Source of the DNA: the human T2T-CHM13v2.0 reference genome, Homo sapiens
Direction: 5' to 3' (one strand)
DNA length: 64,000 bases
NCBI RefSeq assembly: GCF_009914755.1
Contig: NC_060935.1
The position numbers were made by a program, and so were the translations under genes. Below the pieces are notes generated by a model that was not told the origin of the DNA, ran no database searches, and worked only from the letters and a program-made list of their open reading frames with translations. Of the stretch, positions 56,622-64,000 are shown piece by piece; the first letter of the stretch is position 1, and each line of letters begins with the position of its first letter.

Positions 56622-56760
56622 GGCCAGGTGCAGTGTCTCACACTTGTAATCCCAGCACTTTGGGAGGCTGAGGTGGGCGGATCACCTGAGGTCAGGAGTT
56701 CGAGACCAGCCTGGCCAACATGGCAAAACCCCATCTTAAAAAAAGAAGAAAAATATATAT
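56622..56760 (+). mobile_element. Alu left monomer
   Basis: Left arm only; TSD-like AATGCATG(A/G)TGT on both sides. Confidence 0.85.
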
Positions 56761-58144
56761 ATATAATGCATGGTGTGTCCCTTCTACCAAGCAAACCTTA
56801 ATCCACAGCGAACGTGAGACAAATACATCTCTTTTCCACCTGTTACTACTTCTTGGCAGGATGGATCCCCTGCAACGGGATAGATCTCCTGAGAGGATAC
56901 TTTGTGTAGCACAAAACTGGGCTCTGTGGAATCTTCTCTCATGGGGCTAAATCCTGGGGGATGCATTAATACAGCAGAGCTTGGGCACATACATTCCCTG
57001 AGGAGGCCTGGCCCTCACTGTCCACCTGCCACATGGTACAAGTAATATTTCCAAACTGGCCTCTTGCCCCTGGCTTCGCCAACACTGGGCTAGTGAGGAG
57101 GCTATTACTCGTTCTGTTTAGAAGGGTTTGTCTCCTCCTTCTTTACCCACAGGAGCTGCTCCCACGTATCACATGGGGGTCCTGGGCTGGGCTGGCCTGG
57201 TTCTCAGGATGGCTCTGGAGGGAGGAGGGAGTGGTGTCTGGGCGGTCAGGGGACATGGTCATCATTTCAGTAGATGGGCGAAGATGGTGTAGCCCACGTA
57301 CAACATGCAGTGTGCTGAAAACCCCTCCCAGTGCACCCCCTCCACCGTCTACAGAGCTCTCACATGCTGGTCAAGTCTGATGGGCACATAGGCATGAGGG
57401 CATCCAGGCAGTGGGCATGAGCCCCCTGGGCAGGGGAGGAAAAAGGCTCTTTGGCTTCAGGAGATCTGGGTTCAATTCACAGCGGGACAGCCTCACCTTC
57501 CTCATCTTCAAATTGAGGATACTAATATCTCCCAGTGGGTTTCCACAAAAAGTCTCAGTCCAGGTGTGGCCAAGGGCAATGCCCACCAGGTGCTTTCTTA
57601 ATTGCAGATGGGGCCCAGGAAGCTGGGGCCCAGGAAGGGTGCAGAGGTTGCCTGACATTCCCTGAGCCCGATTCTCTGTGCTCAGCCCTGTGCTGATCAG
57701 AGAGGAACACAGCAGAACCCCTGCCCTGGGGACAGGCTGAAGTTCTGGGTCAAATAAACACAGAAAACACATTCAGCAGGGAGAGAGTTATTCCCCAGCT
57801 CATGACACATGTGTACGAGGTGCAGCAGCCTATGGGGAGGAGGGGCCTGAGGGGCCTGGGTGGCCTTTGTCCCTCCTTGAAGCCTGCCCCCGCTGCGTTA
57901 GGTAGAGATGGCAGCCCCCGCCCCTCCCATCACTCATCCATGTTTTAAAAGACAATGTCAACCACACAGTAATCATAGATTCAGTAATAATTTCTTCATT
58001 TTCCAACTCTATGCATCCCAGTCAACTTTAACTGCCTGTCAAGGTTTCCGGCCAGTCTGATAGAGTCAAGGTTCCAGCAAAATCTTATCAATCATAACAG
58101 CTAACATTGACTGAGCACTTACTATGCTCCAGGAACTGTTCTAA

Positions 58145-58627
<483 letters not shown>

Positions 58628-59424
58628 TGAGCTTCATGGGCTTCTCCAAACCAAAGGCATCTGAAGCATCAAGCAGCCTGTGTAGCCCAATTGTGGAATG
58701 AACAGTTTCCATGATTTTCCAAGAACCCTAGAAATTATGCCTTAGGGCACATGGCTGGAAGACCAGGCTCAAGCAGGCCTCTGTTTAGTCACCTAGGCCG
58801 GGGAAGTTCCTAGGAAGGGGAGCCGGGGACAGCTACTTCTCTGCAGCTGTGCTCCCCTTGGACTCTGCTGTCTAGTCCCTGGAGCCCCAGCCCCTGGTTG
58901 TGCCATTCACTGGATGGCCTAGGGTAGGGGACAGGGAGTTGCAAGTGCCTCTTTTGGGAATCTAACAGAAAATCTTCAAAATATGCATGGGGCCAACAGC
59001 ATGGAGCCACTGGATGCTTCCTTCTTGGAGCTTCTCCAAGCTCCGCTGGAAGGATTCTGGAATCATCTTAATAAAGGAAGTGGTCCCAGATGTGCGCATC
59101 TCAGGAGGTGGGTGTATAGACCCTCAGAGCACAAAAGAATTTCCCCAAAGGCCACGTCCTCATGGGATGGTCAACTGAAGGGGCAGAGGGGCCCCCGAAT
59201 ATCCAGGGGCCTGGCCAGGGCCAAGACTGTGGCTCTAGAGTCCTTGCCTTTGGCTCTGCCCTCCACCCCTTCTCACCAGCTCCAGGTCCCGGAAAACAAA
59301 TGTGTCCTTGAGCTGAATTTCTGTGACCTGTTGGTCACTGGCCTGCAGGCAAGGAGATGAACGGATGGCCTACAAGGGTCCTTGTACATTCTGCAATCCT
59401 GGACTTCACATCAGAAGATCATTC

Positions 59425-60600
<1,176 letters not shown>

Positions 60601-60750
60601 TTAATTAAAATAAAGATTTTGAATGCAAAAAGCAAAGGCCATACTGAACCATGCAAAGAACACTCAGCCTGGGGTCTCACTGTTTTGCTCAGAGCCCTCC
60701 AGTGGCTTCCCCAAAGTCTGAACCCTTTGGTAGAAAATAAATGGCCCAGG

Positions 60751-61089
<339 letters not shown>

Positions 61090-62443
61090 TCAGCCCACCT
61101 CACCGGCATGCATCATGCCCCTGCACTCCACACACTTGCTTCATGTTCTTCCCTTACCCGAAGACTTAGTTTGTGCTGTTTCCTGAGTCTAGAGGGCCTC
61201 TTTCATCTCCTTCAGCTGGTGAGCTCCTATTCAACTTTCAAGGTCCACTTCGAATGTCCATGCTCAGGAAGCCCCAATCCATTCACCTTCCCTGGGGATT
61301 CCCATGGCATGTAGCACATTCTAACCAGGCTATGGGCTCTCTGAGGGCAGGAGCCAGTTCATTCACTGCCAAACACTCTGGTCCCTGCCTGACACAGAAG
61401 TGCCAGGCTGAAGGATGTGTTGGATGTAAGGAGGAGCTTTTGCCAGGCGCACACTCCTCCATGCATTCCTTCTGAGCTGTTCCCCCTCTTTGAACTTTGG
61501 CTTCCATCTGTAAAATGGAGATTCAATTCCTCCACCTAGGCCTTTGGTGAGACTCAGGGGACCATGGATGTTCAAGTGCCCTCAGATTGCATATGCCGGG
61601 GTGGGACGGGTGGACGGAATCATGGGTGTGCTGGGAAGAGCCCAGGCCTTGGAGCCGGATGCCCTGCTGGGAACCCGGGTGAGGTCAGATGGCATCCTGG
61701 CCAGAAGAGAGGGCTGCATCCCTTGCAGGTGAGTCTCAGAATCCCAGGGTGGAGGATGAGTGAATGGGGGACTAAGGGAGGAACCTCAGCAGCTCTCAGG
61801 CAGCACCCTGGGCAGGTGGCAGGAATGGGGGTGCCAGCGGGCAGGACACGGAACTCACTGTAGGGAATGGGGGAGACCTGAGGAGGAGAGTTGGGGATGA
61901 AGGGAGAAAACCATTTGACTAGAGCCGACCCCGGGGGCTGTGGCAGTCAGACCGCAGGCCTGTGGCCAGTGGGGTGAGACCCAAAAGAGGAGCAGTGAGG
62001 AAAAGGGGTACTCCTCCGACTGCTAGAGTTGGAGAAGACCAAGACTTGTGCTAAATAGAGCTACCCAGAGCCTCGCTGCTCCTACACCCCACAGGAAACC
62101 CTGCAAAAAAAAAAAATCAATAATTTTCTACCAGAATGCAAGAGAACGACAAAGCAGGCTCTCACCCCAGGCCTCCATTCAAAGGAAGGATGAACGAAGA
62201 GAGAGTGGAAAGACTTACAGAGTTCCTAGCATGTTCCCCTCCTGTAAGATCCCTTCATTCATTCACTCAGCAACAGACATTTATTGAGCATCTACTATAT
62301 AGACTAGCTCCAGGCTCTGGGGAAAGTTGGAATCAAAACAGACAAAGCCTCCTGCGGTCTCTCATGTTTCCTAGAGGGCACTGTTCCCACAGATGCTCCT
62401 CAGCTCCACCCTACCTTGATCAGAGGTTCTCTCATGTTCCTGA

Positions 62444-62969
<526 letters not shown>

Positions 62970-63109
62970 CTGGGGGCCATGTTTGTAAGACCCTGTCTTT
63001 CATCTCCACATCATCTGGGATGGAATTAGGGTTATCTCAAGTCTAATCAGGATCATTCTAGAACAGGATGCCTTTTAGGTTTCTTGGAGCCCTCGGCCAG
63101 CAAGACTCG

Positions 63110-63290
63110 ACTCTTCCTTCCTGGCTGTCTCACTGTGGACGAGTTACTTATCTTCCATGAACCTCAGTTTTCATCCACGAAATGGGGATGATAATAGTAC
63201 CAATCTCATAGGATTGTGATGGTGATTAAGTGAAATCATGCATAAGCAGCACTGGTGTACTGCCTGGAGCACAGGCAGGGACGCTCAGTT
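63110..63290 (+). mobile_element. MIR
   Basis: gaacctcagttttcatccacgaaatggggatgataatagtacc..ataggattgtg..gattaagtga. Confidence 0.8.
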
Positions 63291-64000
63291 GTTCTGGGCT
63301 GTCTCATGGTTCTGCAGCAGCAGCCAACTCTAAGCCTTCTTTGCCTTAAAACCCATTATTGTCTCTGTCCTGTAGATGGGAAAACTCAGGCCAGGAGCCA
63401 GGCCTGGCATCCCAGACTCTTAACCTTTGGCAGACTGGACCAGCCTTCCCCCTTTCCTGGTACAATGAATGGGGAAGAGTGTGGGGTCCTGAGGCATCTT
63501 GAGGATTCTGGAGGGCCAATTCACCCCTCTTGGTGAATATCACAGAACCCCAAGGCCTCTGAAACCACTGAGTCCCATGAAGAAGGTTCAGAGATGGGGA
63601 GGCTGAGGCCACAACAGGGGAGCCATGCAGTAGAGCTATGTGCATGTTTGTCTTCCCCATTTGAAAGTGAGCTCCCTCCTTGAAGTCAGAGGCCATGGAG
63701 CTGGAGTTGTCCCATCTCCATGCTGGGATGTGAGCCAGGTGTGAATGGATCCTTGTGGCCACATAGAGACATCGGGGAGGCTCACATATCCAGGAGGACC
63801 CCAAACTCTACATACACACTCTAAAACCTGATCAGAACCCCACCACTATCATTTGCAATATCCTAGCACCCTCAAAGGGTATAGTGTGAGGGGTGGGGCA
63901 GAGAACCTGGTGGTGCAGGATGTACGGGGCAGACACACTACCTCTCTCCATCATCACATCCTCCTCATACTCCCCTCCCAGGTGGGACAGGGCCAAAGTG

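Overview
This is primate DNA, almost certainly human chr11p11.2, identified from Alu, L1, L2, MIR, MER and MLT repeats and two recognisable proteins. Two genes converge tail to tail. On the + strand lie the last intron and terminal exon of EXT2 (exostosin-2; coding part 7490-7628), with candidate proximal (~8.75 kb) and distal (~15.3 kb) poly(A) signals. On the - strand lie exons 2, 3 and 4 of the paired-like homeobox gene ALX4 (38688-38998, 30837-30965, 28197-28526), with a ~4.4 kb 3'UTR ending near 23.8 kb. ALX4 exon 1 lies beyond the right edge, so 38999-64000 is intron 1. The other ORFs in the track look like repeat translations or GC-rich shadow frames. I see no new gene system; the locus is well known. 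The most notable unexplained structures are: a 34-bp polyadenylated LTR-like retrocopy sharing a target-site duplication (TSD) with an Alu (2723-3106); a ~570-bp GT-only pentamer satellite with higher-order periodicity near ALX4 exon 2; two clusters of Alus inserted serially at the same target; a CTCF core plus upstream motif at 49806-49840; a (GGAA)13 array in place of an Alu tail; a 110-codon open frame after the ALX4 UGA-C stop; and several AT-rich, homeodomain-motif-dense enhancer candidates. Repeat subfamily names come from memory of consensus sequences and need RepeatMasker/Dfam confirmation; repeat boundaries are approximate.
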